Shown piece by piece: positions 40,330 to 50,202 of a DNA stretch of 64,000 nt. Source of the stretch: Gammaproteobacteria bacterium (GTDB lineage: Bacteria > Pseudomonadota > Gammaproteobacteria > Steroidobacterales > PWYM01); assembly GCA_007693855.1 (NCBI GenBank), contig RECU01000063.1, forward strand, positions 472 through 64,471. The letters are read 5' to 3'. Positions within the stretch are counted from its first letter, which is position 1; each line of letters begins with the position of its first letter. The notes beneath the pieces are model-generated. The model had not been told where the DNA came from and made no database searches. It saw only the letters and a list, made by a program, of their open reading frames with translations. Made by a program: the position numbers and the translations under genes.

Positions 40330-41541
40330 TCACAGCCGGTCGCGCAGATCCCGCAACCCGAACCCGGGCGGGGTCGTCTCCAGGCCACGCACCAGCGCCA
40401 TCACACGAAAGCGCTCCCCCATCTCGCCGGGCAGTACCAGGGTCTTCACCGCCTGCAGGGCCTGCAGCGCCGAAGCGTCGCCAGCCCCCGCCTCCGGCAG
40501 CAGGCCCTCGAGCCCGCCATCGAGCAGGTAATGCGCCTGGGTGGTGAAGCCCGCCACCTCCCAGCCAGCCGCCACCGCGGCCTCGGCCACGGCGGTGAAA
40601 TCCACCCAGGCGGTGATGTCCTGCAGCCCGGGCAGGACCAGCGGATCGTCGTGGGCGCGCTGCCGGTAATGGCAGCGCAGCGTGCCGCCCGTGCGCTCGG
40701 GCAGATACAGCTCGGCCCGCGGCAGTCCGTAATCGATGAACAGCGCCGCGCCGCGCTCGAACCCCCCAAGCAGCGTCGCCAGCCAGGGCGCAAGCAGCGG
40801 ACAGAACTCGCCCTCGGCCCCCGCAGGCAGCCCGTCCAGTGCCTCGCCAAGCTGTGCGCGCACGCTCGCGGCGAACGCCGGATCGAACGGTGCGGTGCGC
40901 CAGCAGAACCCCCCGGCCTCATCCAGCGCCACCCCCAACTGCAGCGGACCCTCGGCGCTGACACGGAAGCGCTCGACCGGCAGGGCGTCGAGCACCTCGT
41001 TGGCCACCAGGATGCCGGCCGCCTCCCCCTCAGGGGGTGACTGCACCCAGGCCACCCGCGCGAGCAGGGGTGCCGGCAGGCGCTCGGCCAGGCGGGCACG
41101 CTGGCGGGCGGCGAGCTCGGCACTGGGCTCGAGCACGAGATAGCGCGTCGGCAGGGCATCGAGTTCGGCCAGGGCCGGCAGCAGCGAGGCGGCCAGCGCG
41201 CCGGTTCCGGCCCCGGGCTCCAGCAGCACCGGGCGCGCCAGCGCCTGCAGCAGCGGCGCGAGCTGGCGTGCCAGCGCCTGGCCGAACAGGGGCGTGAGCT
41301 CAGGCGCCGTGATGAAGTCGCCTGCCGGCCCCAGCTTGGTGCTGCCGGCGCTGTAATACCCAAGCCCCGGCGCGTAGAGCGCAAGCTCCATGTACCGCGC
41401 AAAGCTCAGCCAGCCGCCGGCCGCCTGAAGTGCGGCGACGAGGTGCGCACGCACACGTTCTCCATGCGCCAGCGCGTCGGGTTCGGGCGGCGGCAGGGCC
41501 GCTGCAGAGGATGTCCTGGGGGGTAACGTCGCGCGGGACAC
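40330..41541 (-). CDS. class I SAM-dependent methyltransferase, MidA/NDUFAF7 (DUF185) family
   Basis: ..FARYMELALYAPGLGYYSAG..FITAPE.. is the family signature. No in-frame ATG lies upstream of it, so I use GTG at 41541 (VSRATLPP..). The rest of the 827-aa track ORF is antisense to folM. Confidence 0.8.
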   Translation of the reverse strand: MSRATLPPRTSSAAALPPPEPDALAHGERVRAHLVAALQAAGGWLSFARYMELALYAPGLGYYSAGSTKLGPAGDFITAPELTPLFGQALARQLAPLLQALARPVLLEPGAGTGALAASLLPALAELDALPTRYLVLEPSAELAARQRARLAERLPAPLLARVAWVQSPPEGEAAGILVANEVLDALPVERFRVSAEGPLQLGVALDEAGGFCWRTAPFDPAFAASVRAQLGEALDGLPAGAEGEFCPLLAPWLATLLGGFERGAALFIDYGLPRAELYLPERTGGTLRCHYRQRAHDDPLVLPGLQDITAWVDFTAVAEAAVAAGWEVAGFTTQAHYLLDGGLEGLLPEAGAGDASALQALQAVKTLVLPGEMGERFRVMALVRGLETTPPGFGLRDLRDRL

Positions 41542-41634
41542 GGCCGAATCCGTGGCGTAGACCAGACCGTAGTGTACCCTTGCATCCCGCCGGCGCGCGC
41601 CGGTGCCCTGTGGTAACGCTGGAAAGTTTTTCTC

Positions 41635-42396
41635 ATGAGCGAACTGACTCCCCCGATCCCGCTTGACGGCAAGTGGGCACTGATCACGGGTGCGGCCAAG
41701 CGCATTGGTGCGGTCGTCGCCGACACCCTGCATGCCGCTGGCGCCAACATCGCCATTCACTATCGCGGCTCGGCTGCCGAGGCCGAGAAGCTGCAGGCGA
41801 AGCTCGAGGCCCGGCGGGCCGATTCGACGCTGCTGCTGCAGGCCGACATCCTCGATACCGCCGCGCTGCCCGGCATGGTCGAGCAACTGATCAAGCACGC
41901 CGGCCGGCTCGATGTGCTGATCAACAACGCCTCGAGCTTCTATCCCACGCCCCTCGGCACCGTCACCGAGGCGCAGTGGGACGACCTGATGGGCAGCAAT
42001 CTGAAGGCACCGCTGTTCCTCTCGCAGGCGGCCCTGCCCCATCTCAAGGCCGCGCGCGGCAGCATCGTCAACATGGTCGATATCCACGCCCAACGCCCGC
42101 TGCGTGATCACACCGTGTACGGCCCGGCCAAGGCCGGCCTGGTGATGCTGACGCTGACGCTGGCCAAGGATCTCGGTCCGGACGTGCGCGTCAACGGCGT
42201 GGCCCCGGGAGCGATCCTCTGGCCCGACGACGGCATGAGCGACAAGCTCAAGGCAGGCATTCTGCGGCGTGTGCCCCTGAAGCGCGTCGGCGAGCCGAGC
42301 GACATCGCCCGCACCATCCTGTTCCTGACCCGCGATGCGCCCTACATCACCGGGCAGGTGATTGCCGTTGACGGTGGCCGCAGCCTGAACTGGTAG
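41635..42396 (+). CDS. folM: pteridine reductase / dihydromonapterin reductase-type SDR
   Basis: ALITGAAKRIG Rossmann motif, NNAS, and catalytic Y..K (YGPAKAG). The size and pattern fit FolM/PTR1-like enzymes. Confidence 0.7.
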   Translation: MSELTPPIPLDGKWALITGAAKRIGAVVADTLHAAGANIAIHYRGSAAEAEKLQAKLEARRADSTLLLQADILDTAALPGMVEQLIKHAGRLDVLINNASSFYPTPLGTVTEAQWDDLMGSNLKAPLFLSQAALPHLKAARGSIVNMVDIHAQRPLRDHTVYGPAKAGLVMLTLTLAKDLGPDVRVNGVAPGAILWPDDGMSDKLKAGILRRVPLKRVGEPSDIARTILFLTRDAPYITGQVIAVDGGRSLNW

Positions 42397-42444
42397 CGCC
42401 GGCCTGCCTTTGCATCCAGGGCAGCCTGCGTGCGAGGCTAGGGG

Positions 42445-43818
42445 ATGAACCTGTTCGCCAGTCTGCCGCTGCTCCCCGCCCTGCGCGAGGCGATCGATGC
42501 CGCGGGCTACACCGAGCCCACCGCGGTGCAGGCCGAGACGCTGCCGGCCATCCTGGCCGGGCGTGACGTGATCGCCCAGGCGCCCACCGGCAGCGGCAAG
42601 ACGGCGGCCTTCGGCCTGGGCCTGCTGCAGCGGCTGGACGTGGGCGGCGTGCGCACCCAGGCGCTGGTGCTCTGTCCCACCCGTGAGCTGGCAGACCAGG
42701 TGGCACGCGAAGTGCGCCGACTGGCCATGGCCATTCCGAACGTCAAGCTGCTGCTGCTCACCGGCGGCGTGCCGCTGGGCCCTCAGCTCGCCTCGTTGAC
42801 GCACGCCCCGCACATCGTCGTCGGCACGCCGGGGCGCGTGGCCGACCTGCTGCGGCGGCAGGCGCTTTCCGCGGCGGACATCGCCACCCTGGTCCTGGAT
42901 GAAGCCGACCGCATGCTCGACATGGGCTTCGAGGAGATCCTCGAGGAGATCATCGGGCAGCTGCCGCGCGAGCGCCAGACGCTGCTGTTCTCGGCCACCT
43001 GGCCCGAGTCCGTGAGACAGATCGCGCGCGCGGCCCTGCGCTCACCGCTGGAGGTGAGCGTAGAGGGTGCCGTGAGCCAGCCGGAGATCGCCCAGTGGTT
43101 TCATGAGGTCGACACCCGCGACAAACCCGCGGCGCTGGCCGCCCTGCTGCAGCGGCACCAGCCGGCCTCGACCGTGGTGTTCTGCAATACCCGCGACGAT
43201 GCCGACACGCTGTGCGACGCCCTGCAGATCAAGGGGTTCGCCACCGCCGCGCTGCACGGGAAACTCGAGCAGCGCGAGCGCGACGAGGTGCTCATCCGGT
43301 TCGCCAATGGCAGCCTGAACGTGCTCGTGGCCAGCGATGTCGCCGCCCGCGGGCTCGACGTCAAGGCGCTGGCCTGCGTGGTGAACTACGAGTTGCCGGG
43401 CGATCCGGATGTCTACGTGCACCGCATCGGGCGGACCGCCCGGGCAGGCAATACCGGGCTGGCCCTGAGCCTGGTCGCCGCCCGGGAAATGCCGCGGGCA
43501 TTGCGGCTGGGCGAGCACCTGGGCATGCCCCTGCCATGGGCGAAGATCCCACCCGCGGACGGCGACGCAGCGCCCATTCCCCGCGCCGAGATGCGCACCT
43601 TGCGGATCGAGGGCGGGCGCAGTGACAAGCTTCGCCCGGGCGACCTCCTGGGGGCCCTGACCGGCGAGGCCGGGCTGGCCGCCCAGCACATCGGCAAGAT
43701 CGACATCCTGGCCACGCGGGCCTTCGTGGCCGTGCACCGCGAGCAGGCGGATCGCGCCCTCAAGGCACTGCAGGCCGGAAAGATCAAGGGGCGACGCTTC
43801 CGGGTGAGAAAGCTCTAG
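42445..43818 (+). CDS. dbpA: ATP-dependent RNA helicase DbpA
   Basis: DEAD-box motifs are present (AQAPTGSGKT, DEAD, SAT, HRIGRTAR). The C-terminal DbpA RNA-binding domain is present (..RIEGGRSDKLRPGDLLGAL..). Confidence 0.9.
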   Translation: MNLFASLPLLPALREAIDAAGYTEPTAVQAETLPAILAGRDVIAQAPTGSGKTAAFGLGLLQRLDVGGVRTQALVLCPTRELADQVAREVRRLAMAIPNVKLLLLTGGVPLGPQLASLTHAPHIVVGTPGRVADLLRRQALSAADIATLVLDEADRMLDMGFEEILEEIIGQLPRERQTLLFSATWPESVRQIARAALRSPLEVSVEGAVSQPEIAQWFHEVDTRDKPAALAALLQRHQPASTVVFCNTRDDADTLCDALQIKGFATAALHGKLEQRERDEVLIRFANGSLNVLVASDVAARGLDVKALACVVNYELPGDPDVYVHRIGRTARAGNTGLALSLVAAREMPRALRLGEHLGMPLPWAKIPPADGDAAPIPRAEMRTLRIEGGRSDKLRPGDLLGALTGEAGLAAQHIGKIDILATRAFVAVHREQADRALKALQAGKIKGRRFRVRKL

Positions 43819-43831
43819 CCCGACCGGGGCG

Positions 43832-44044
43832 CTAGTAGTGCGGGGGGCGCTCGTCGCCCGGGCCCGCCTCACCGGCCTGCGCACGCTCGAGCAGCTGGCG
43901 CAGGCGCTGAAGCTGCGCCTGGAGATCATCGATGCGGTCCTGCTGGCGGATGATCACGCCGTCGAGCTGGTTCACCAGATCGTCCAGAAAGGCATAGCGG
44001 CCTTCGAGGTCGGTCAGCCGCTGCTCCAGCTCGGTCGAACTCAC
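43832..44044 (-). CDS. slyX: SlyX family protein
   Basis: 70-aa coiled coil (LEQRLTDLEGRYAFLDDLVNQL..) ending in ..ERPPHY. Confidence 0.85.
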   Translation of the reverse strand: MSSTELEQRLTDLEGRYAFLDDLVNQLDGVIIRQQDRIDDLQAQLQRLRQLLERAQAGEAGPGDERPPHY

Positions 44045-44065
44045 GTGTTCACCTCAGCACGTCTT

Positions 44066-45445
44066 TCAATAGGCGCCAATGTAGAACTCGGCCGGGGTGC
44101 GCGGCAGCCAGGTGGGCGCCTCCTCCAGCGCGCGGGCTGGCGCCATCGCCGGCATCGCCAGGGTCCCGGTCGGGCAGGCCCCCGTGGCGAGGTAGTCCAG
44201 TGCAGTACGCAGCGAGGCCTCGTCCGGATCACCGAGCGCGAAGTCGAGGTCGTCCGCGGCCCTGCACAGTACCGGCGCACCATCGACCGGCAGGCCGCCG
44301 AAGTAGTCGGCGCGGCCATCGGCATTCGCGATATCGAAGCTGATCGGACGCAACCTCAGGCCACAGGCCGTCGAATCGAAGCCCTCCTGCCCCACCGGTT
44401 TCCCAAAGGTCCGGTCGCCGACCATGGCGACCTCGAGATGGGGCTCGAGGCCATTGAGCAGCAGTTCGCTGGCCGACGCGCTACCACGCGAGGTGATGAA
44501 GACGATACGCGCGGGCATGACCGTCTGTGGCAGGGGTTCGAATCGGTATTCCTCGTTCAAGGCAGAGCGCGCCGGATTGAAGCGGATCTGGTAGTAGACC
44601 TCGCCCTGGGCCGCAAGCCCCCCCAGCAGATCGCCGAGCAGCTCCGCGGTACTGACCAGGCCGCCACCGTTGTAGCGGAGGTCGATCACGTAATCGGTAA
44701 TTCCCGCTTCCCGGAACTCCTGGAACAGAGTATTCAGCGCCGTATCGGCCGTCCGGATGAAGGCCCGAAAATCGATGTAGGCGATCCCCGGCGTGCCCGG
44801 CTGCGCAAAGACCTGATGGGTCGGGATCGGCACGGTGTCCACCTCGGCCTTGGCCACGGTGACTTCGAACTCGCTGCCGTCAAGTCGACGGATGCGGAAG
44901 GTGCGCTGGAGCCCGACGTCGGGCGGCCCGGCGGCTTGCTGAAGCTCGGACGAGTTGGTGACCGGCTGCCCATTGATACTCAGGATCACCTGGCCGCGCT
45001 CGAACCCGGCCGCCTCGGCCGGACTGCCCTGGACCACGAAGGTGATTCGCATGCCACCGCCCTCCGGCCGCGAGCCGAAGCCGAACCCGGCAAAGGCGCC
45101 GGACTGGATGAAGGCGTTGTCCTCGGCGATGGTGGTCAGAAAGCTGAAGCGCGCGCCTCGCTTGCGCTGCACCCGGGCGGGCTCGACCAGGAAGCTGAGC
45201 AACTCCTGGGCGGTGGACCGACTGGAAGCCGTGGCCCCCTCGGGCAGCAGATCGTTGTAGAGGTATTTCGTGCGCATCTCGCTGAGCACGAACTGGCGCT
45301 CCTGCAGGCTGGTGCACCCGGTGGCCGCGCCGCCACCACCGCCCCCCCCGCCGATAGGCGGTGGCGCCGACTCGCCGCCACTTCCGCCGCCACAGCCACT
45401 CAGCAGAAGGACACACATCGTCAGTGATACTGCATGGCGGATCAT
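44066..45445 (-). CDS. S41 family (C-terminal processing-type) peptidase lipoprotein
   Basis: It has a lipobox (LLLSGCGGG), a poly-Gly linker, a PDZ-like segment, and S41 core motifs (DLRYNGGG, ITSRGSASASELL). ATGA overlap with folK. Confidence 0.85.
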   Translation of the reverse strand: MIRHAVSLTMCVLLLSGCGGGSGGESAPPPIGGGGGGGGAATGCTSLQERQFVLSEMRTKYLYNDLLPEGATASSRSTAQELLSFLVEPARVQRKRGARFSFLTTIAEDNAFIQSGAFAGFGFGSRPEGGGMRITFVVQGSPAEAAGFERGQVILSINGQPVTNSSELQQAAGPPDVGLQRTFRIRRLDGSEFEVTVAKAEVDTVPIPTHQVFAQPGTPGIAYIDFRAFIRTADTALNTLFQEFREAGITDYVIDLRYNGGGLVSTAELLGDLLGGLAAQGEVYYQIRFNPARSALNEEYRFEPLPQTVMPARIVFITSRGSASASELLLNGLEPHLEVAMVGDRTFGKPVGQEGFDSTACGLRLRPISFDIANADGRADYFGGLPVDGAPVLCRAADDLDFALGDPDEASLRTALDYLATGACPTGTLAMPAMAPARALEEAPTWLPRTPAEFYIGAY

Positions 45446-45963
45446 CGCTCATCTCCATGGGCGCCAGGCGCTTCAGCCAGCGTCTCCAGCCGGCCCCGGC
45501 GTGTCAAGTCGGCCATGCCAGCCGACGCCTCGCGCCAGTGCTCGACGAAGCGCTGGCCGGTCAGGGGATGACGGTGGTCGGGCGCGAGGTCGGCGAGCGG
45601 ACGCAGCACGAAGGCGTATTCGAGCACATCACGCCGCGGCAGCCGCAGCGGCGCGCTGACCAGGTCGCCATAACACAGCAGGTCGAGATCGAGGGTGACT
45701 TCGGGCTGGCCGCGCACACGCCCGGTGGCCTGCTCGATGGTTTTCAGGGTGGCGATCAGCGCCTCGGGTGCAAGCGTCGTGCGCCCCCGCACCACCATGT
45801 TCAGATACGCCGCGCCGCCGCCAATGGCCTCGCTCGCGTAGACCTCGGAGGCGCGCATGTCCTCGAGCACTTCCCCGAGCGCGAGGCAGGCGTGTTTCAG
45901 GTGCCCGACCGGGCGAGCATTGCTGCCGAGGCCGATGAAGACCTCAACCGTCGAAGTCGCCAT
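45442..45963 (-). CDS. folK: 2-amino-4-hydroxy-6-hydroxymethyldihydropteridine diphosphokinase
   Basis: VFIGLGSN.. together with ..LDLDLL.. and RxF(V/L)L.PL motifs. It overlaps the folB 3' end by 20 nt. Confidence 0.9.
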   Translation of the reverse strand: MATSTVEVFIGLGSNARPVGHLKHACLALGEVLEDMRASEVYASEAIGGGAAYLNMVVRGRTTLAPEALIATLKTIEQATGRVRGQPEVTLDLDLLCYGDLVSAPLRLPRRDVLEYAFVLRPLADLAPDHRHPLTGQRFVEHWREASAGMADLTRRGRLETLAEAPGAHGDER

Positions 45964-46309
45964 CGCGACGCTCGATGATCACGCCCACTTCGCGCGCGCC
46001 GCGCACGGCACCGGGCTTGCCGACGCTGAGCTTCACCCACTTCACGCCGAACTCGGTGATCATGATCCGCGCCAGCGCCTCGGCCAGGGTCTCGACCAGG
46101 CGGAATTCCGACGCCTCGATGAAGGCGATCAGCCGCTGGGCGACGTCGTGATAGTTCAGCGCGTCCTCGATGCGATCGGTGGCGGCGGCATCGCGGGCCT
46201 TGGTGGCGAACTCGAGATCGATGGCAATGGTCTGGCGCACCTTGCGCTCCCAGTCCCAGATCCCTATCACGGCCTCCACCTGGAGCCCCCTGAGATAAAT
46301 GATGTCCAT
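45944..46309 (-). CDS. folB: dihydroneopterin aldolase
   Basis: MDIIYLRGLQVEAVIGIWDWER..L.Y.. is the typical FolB sequence. The ORF-track start at 46435 is a GC-rich extension. Confidence 0.9.
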   Translation of the reverse strand: MDIIYLRGLQVEAVIGIWDWERKVRQTIAIDLEFATKARDAAATDRIEDALNYHDVAQRLIAFIEASEFRLVETLAEALARIMITEFGVKWVKLSVGKPGAVRGAREVGVIIERRDGDFDG

Positions 46310-46329
46310 ACGGCTGTAGCTTCCCTGCG

Positions 46330-47391
46330 TCAGTGGTGGACATGGGCCTCGCGCGGCGGCGCGAGCTCGTCGAGTTTCCAGCGCGGCCGCGCCTGCATCG
46401 TCGGCAGGTCGGCCGTGGCGTCTCCCAGCCGGCACAGGCCCGCCAGGGCGATCATCGCGCCGTTGTCGGTACAGAAGGCCGGCCGCGGATAATAGACGGC
46501 CCCGCCCCGCGAGGCGACCTCCTCGGCCAGCCGACGGCGCAGTTCGCGGTTGGCCCCCACTCCGCCGGCCACCACCAGCCGCTCGAGCCCGGTCTGCTTG
46601 AGGGCCTTGAGGCTGCGCGCGACCAGGGTATCGACCACCGCGGCCTGAAACGAGGCGGCGATGTCGGCGCGGGTCTGCGGCGCGAGGGTGCCATCGTCGC
46701 CGGCGGCCTCTCGCACGGCCAGCATCACGGCGGTTTTCAGCCCCGAAAAGCTGAAATCCAGTCCCGGCCGGTCGAGCATGGGCCGCGGCAGACGGTAGCG
46801 CTTCGGATCGCCCTCCTCGGCCAGCACCGCCAGCCGTGGGCCACCGGGATAGGGCAGGCCCAGCAGCTTGGCGGTCTTGTCGAAGGCCTCACCCGCCGCG
46901 TCATCCAGCGTGTCGCCCAGGGTGGTGTAGCGCCCGACGCCGTCGACCCGCACCAGCATGCTGTGCCCCCCGGAGACCAGCAGGGCAAGAAACGGCATGG
47001 TCGGCGCCGGGTCCTCGAGCAGCGGCGCCAGCAGGTGTCCTTCCATGTGGTGCACCGGGAGCGCCGGCACGCCCCAGGCATAGGCCAGCGCGCTGGCCAC
47101 CCCGGCGCCCACCATCAGCGCCCCGACCAGGCCGGGCCCGGCGGTATAGGCCACAGCGTCCACCTCGCCTTCGGCCACGCCAGCCTCGGCAAAGGTGGCC
47201 CGCACCAGCGGCACCAGCCGGCGCAGGTGGTCGCGGGAGGCGAGCTCGGGCACGACCCCGCCGAAGGCCGCATGCAGGTCGACCTGACTGAACAGCTGAT
47301 GGGCGAGCAGGCGCACGGCGCCGTCGGCGTCGCGGGCGCAGAGGGCGACGCCGGTCTCGTCACAGCTGGTTTCAATGCCAAGCACGCGCAT
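46330..47391 (-). CDS. tsaD: tRNA N6-adenosine threonylcarbamoyltransferase
   Basis: [17 protein letters not shown].. and HMEGHLL, with the Kae1/TsaD family pattern throughout. It is divergent from rpsU, as in many gammaproteobacteria. Confidence 0.95.
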   Translation of the reverse strand: MRVLGIETSCDETGVALCARDADGAVRLLAHQLFSQVDLHAAFGGVVPELASRDHLRRLVPLVRATFAEAGVAEGEVDAVAYTAGPGLVGALMVGAGVASALAYAWGVPALPVHHMEGHLLAPLLEDPAPTMPFLALLVSGGHSMLVRVDGVGRYTTLGDTLDDAAGEAFDKTAKLLGLPYPGGPRLAVLAEEGDPKRYRLPRPMLDRPGLDFSFSGLKTAVMLAVREAAGDDGTLAPQTRADIAASFQAAVVDTLVARSLKALKQTGLERLVVAGGVGANRELRRRLAEEVASRGGAVYYPRPAFCTDNGAMIALAGLCRLGDATADLPTMQARPRWKLDELAPPREAHVHH

Positions 47392-47563
47392 GGCGGGCAC
47401 CTTTCCGAGGGCGATGGCGCGGGGGTCACGCAATTTTGCAATTGTAGCGCGGAGGCAGTAAGCTTTCCGCCCTTTGTCGCTGGCCCGAGCGGGTCGCCTG
47501 ATGGCGTCCGGCCGGTCAGTTTTATTTTTCTGCCCCGCAGGGGCTCTGGGATACGAGGTCAAG

Positions 47564-47779
47564 ATGCCGAGCGTTCGCGTCAAAGAAAGCGAGCATTTCG
47601 ATGCCGCATTGCGGCGGTTCAAGCGTGCCTGCGAAAAGGCTGGCGTGCTCACCGAACTGCGTCGCCGCGAGTACTACGAGAAGCCCACGCAGGAGCGTAA
47701 GCGCAAGAAAGCCGCTGCCGTGAAGCGCCACCTGAAGAAGCTGTCGCGCGAGCAGGGCCGTCGCACCCGCCTGTATTGA
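47564..47779 (+). CDS. rpsU: 30S ribosomal protein S21
   Basis: [38 protein letters not shown]..; GAGG lies before the ATG. Confidence 0.97.
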   Translation: MPSVRVKESEHFDAALRRFKRACEKAGVLTELRRREYYEKPTQERKRKKAAAVKRHLKKLSREQGRRTRLY

Positions 47780-47815
47780 TCTCCGCGAGACGCACACCTG
47801 CGTCGAGGCCGTGAC

Positions 47816-48262
47816 ATGAGCCTCAAAAGCCAACTCAACGACGACGTCAAGACCGCCTTGCGCGCCGGCGACAAGGCGCGGCTGGTCGTGCTGCGGATGG
47901 CGCTCGCCGCGATCAAGCAGCGCGAGGTGGACGAGCGCATCGAACTCGACGAGGCGCAGGAACTCGCCACGCTCGAGAAGATGATCAAGCAGCGGCGTGA
48001 ATCCGCCGCCCAGTACGAGCGCGGCCAGCGCGAGGATCTCGCGGCCAAGGAACGCGCCGAGATCGACCTGCTCTCCGCCTACCTGCCCGCGCAACTGACC
48101 GACACCGAGATCGACGCCCTGGTCGAGGCCGCGATCGCCGAGACCGGCGCGGCCTCGGTGCGGGACATGGGTCAGGTGATGGGCCTGCTCAAGCAGCGCG
48201 CCGCCGGGCGTGCCGACATGGGGCAGGTCAGCCAGCGCGTCAAGGCGCGCCTGGCCGGCTGA
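47816..48262 (+). CDS. GatB/YqeY domain-containing protein
   Basis: MSLKSQLNDDVKTALRAGDK..L..LR...IKQ.EVD is the YqeY signature. It lies between rpsU and dnaG. Confidence 0.9.
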   Translation: MSLKSQLNDDVKTALRAGDKARLVVLRMALAAIKQREVDERIELDEAQELATLEKMIKQRRESAAQYERGQREDLAAKERAEIDLLSAYLPAQLTDTEIDALVEAAIAETGAASVRDMGQVMGLLKQRAAGRADMGQVSQRVKARLAG

Positions 48263-48362
48263 GCGGCCGGCCGCCCCCGCCGCTGCACCACCGGCGAGCG
48301 CCCCTTGCGCCCGCGCGCCCGCCGCGCGGTACACTGAGCGATCCCGCATGCAGGCTGTCAGC

Positions 48363-50105
48363 ATGAGCGGACGCATCCCACAGGCCTTCATCGACGAGCT
48401 GCTCGCACGCGCCGACATCATCGAGGTGCTCGGCAGCCGCCTGCAGCTGAAAAAGGCCGGGCGCGAATACAAGGCGCTGTGCCCGTTCCACAACGAAAAA
48501 ACCCCATCCTTCACGATCAGCCCTGACAAGGGCTTCTACCATTGCTTCGGCTGCGGCGCCCACGGCACAGCACTGGGATTTCTGATGGAGCACGACCGCC
48601 TGCCCTTCGTCGAGGCGGTCGAGGAGCTCGCCGGGATGGTCGGGCTGGAGGTGCCACGGGAAGACAGCCCGGCGGCCCGGGTGCAGCGGTCTCATCACGA
48701 GCTCCTCGCCCAGGCGGCGAGGATTTACCGGGAACTGCTGAAGGACTCCGCCGACGCCGTAGCCTACCTGAAGGGCCGTGGCATCGACGGCCCCACCGCG
48801 GCACGCTTTCACCTCGGCTATGCGCCCGATGCCTGGGACACGATCCAGCAGCGCCTCGGCGGCGGACCGGACGCCGAGCAGGCGCTGCTTGAGGTCGGCC
48901 TGCTCACCGAGAACGAGCGCGGCCGCCGCTATGACCGCTTCCGGGGGCGCATCATGTTCCCGATCCGCGATCTGCGTGGCCGCGTGATCGGCTTCGGCGC
49001 CCGGGTGCTCGGCGAAGGCGAGCCCAAGTACCTGAACTCACCCGAGACACCGGTGTTCCACAAGGGCCGCGAGCTTTACGGTCTGTATGAGGCGCGCCAG
49101 GCGCTGCGCCAGGTGACGCGGCTGGTGGTGGTTGAGGGTTACATGGACGTGATCGGCCTGGCCCGCCACGGGATCGCCTACGCGGTGGCCACGCTGGGTA
49201 CGGCGACCACCTCCGAGCAGCTGGCCCGGCTGTTCCGCGTTGCCGACGAGGTGGTGTTCTGCTTCGACGGCGACCGCGCCGGCCGGGCTGCCGCCTGGCG
49301 GGCGCTCGAGAACGCCCTGCCTGAAGCCCGCGAGGGCCGACAGATCGGCTTTCTGTTCCTGCCGGAGGGCGAGGACCCCGACTCGCTGGTGGCGCGCGAG
49401 GGCGCCAACGCCTTCGAGGCACGCTTGTCACAGGTCCAGCCGCTGTCGGATTTTCTGGTCGAGCGGCTGGCCCAGGCGGTCGATACCGACACGGTGGACG
49501 GCCGCGCCCGACTCGCCGAGCAGGCCCGCCCGCTGCTGGCGCGACTGCCGCCAGGGGTGTACCGCGAGCTGTTGCTGGAGAAACTCGCCGCCACGGTCGG
49601 ACTGGGTGCGGCCCGGCTGGAGAAACTGCTGGCGGCGGGCGACCAGGGCGCAGGCGGCGGACCGGCGGACCGGCGCCCCCCCGCCCGCCCGCGCCCGCGA
49701 AGCGGCCGCGCGAGCCTCGTGCGCCAGGCGCTGCTGCGACTGCTGCATTGTCCGCGGGCCGCACTGGAGGGGCCGGATCCCGACTTCCTGGCCACCCTGG
49801 ATCGCCCGGGGGCGGCACTGCTGCAGGCGGTGATCGAGGACATCCGGGCGCACCCCCGGATCACCCCGGCGATGCTGCTGGAGCACTGGCGCGAGCATCC
49901 CGAGGGCCGCCACCTCGGCCGGCTGCTGGACACCGAACTGCTGGTCGATGATGATGCCGCGGCGGACGAATACCGCGACATCATGCAGCGGCTGGCCGTC
50001 GAGGCCCGCCGGGCGCGTATCGAAGAACTGAGCGCACGCAGCGGCGCCCTGGAAGAGGCCGAGAAGGCTGAACTGCGGGCGCTGATCGCGGCCAGCGGCC
50101 GCTAG
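48363..50105 (+). CDS. dnaG: DNA primase
   Basis: It has the zinc-ribbon motif [19 protein letters not shown] and the Toprim motif VVVEGYMDV. Start at [14 protein letters not shown]; an alternative ATG exists at 48348. Confidence 0.93.
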   Translation: MSGRIPQAFIDELLARADIIEVLGSRLQLKKAGREYKALCPFHNEKTPSFTISPDKGFYHCFGCGAHGTALGFLMEHDRLPFVEAVEELAGMVGLEVPREDSPAARVQRSHHELLAQAARIYRELLKDSADAVAYLKGRGIDGPTAARFHLGYAPDAWDTIQQRLGGGPDAEQALLEVGLLTENERGRRYDRFRGRIMFPIRDLRGRVIGFGARVLGEGEPKYLNSPETPVFHKGRELYGLYEARQALRQVTRLVVVEGYMDVIGLARHGIAYAVATLGTATTSEQLARLFRVADEVVFCFDGDRAGRAAAWRALENALPEAREGRQIGFLFLPEGEDPDSLVAREGANAFEARLSQVQPLSDFLVERLAQAVDTDTVDGRARLAEQARPLLARLPPGVYRELLLEKLAATVGLGAARLEKLLAAGDQGAGGGPADRRPPARPRPRSGRASLVRQALLRLLHCPRAALEGPDPDFLATLDRPGAALLQAVIEDIRAHPRITPAMLLEHWREHPEGRHLGRLLDTELLVDDDAAADEYRDIMQRLAVEARRARIEELSARSGALEEAEKAELRALIAASGR

Positions 50106-50202
50106 CCACCGCGTCGCGGCCCACTCCACGAACTTCTGGAAACGTTTCGACTCAAAGCATATACTTGACAGTTTGCCCCCGTCCGCATGGGAGGTCTTCC
50201 CC

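Noticed and set aside
41542-42813. The upstream two-thirds of the 827-aa minus-strand ORF 40330..42813.
   Set aside because: Only the 3' 1.2 kb (from GTG 41541) shows MidA/DUF185 motifs. The remainder is antisense to folM and the dbpA 5' end and has artefact-like composition.
44535-44544. GGTTCGAATC, a tRNA T-arm-like motif.
   Set aside because: It lies inside the S41 peptidase coding region. No acceptor, D or anticodon stems can be drawn around it on either strand.
45342-45349. C8 homopolymers (45342-45349 in the S41 peptidase linker; 33371-33378 in the nrdJ/protease spacer) as possible phase-variation tracts.
   Set aside because: Runs of this length are unremarkable in GC-rich DNA. The coding one lies in a poly-Gly linker. 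There is no supporting evidence for variability from a single sequence.
50165-50170. A perfect TTGACA just upstream of rpoD as a promoter -35.
   Set aside because: No acceptable -10 hexamer follows at 16-19 nt. The sequence there is the GGGAGG ribosome-binding site.
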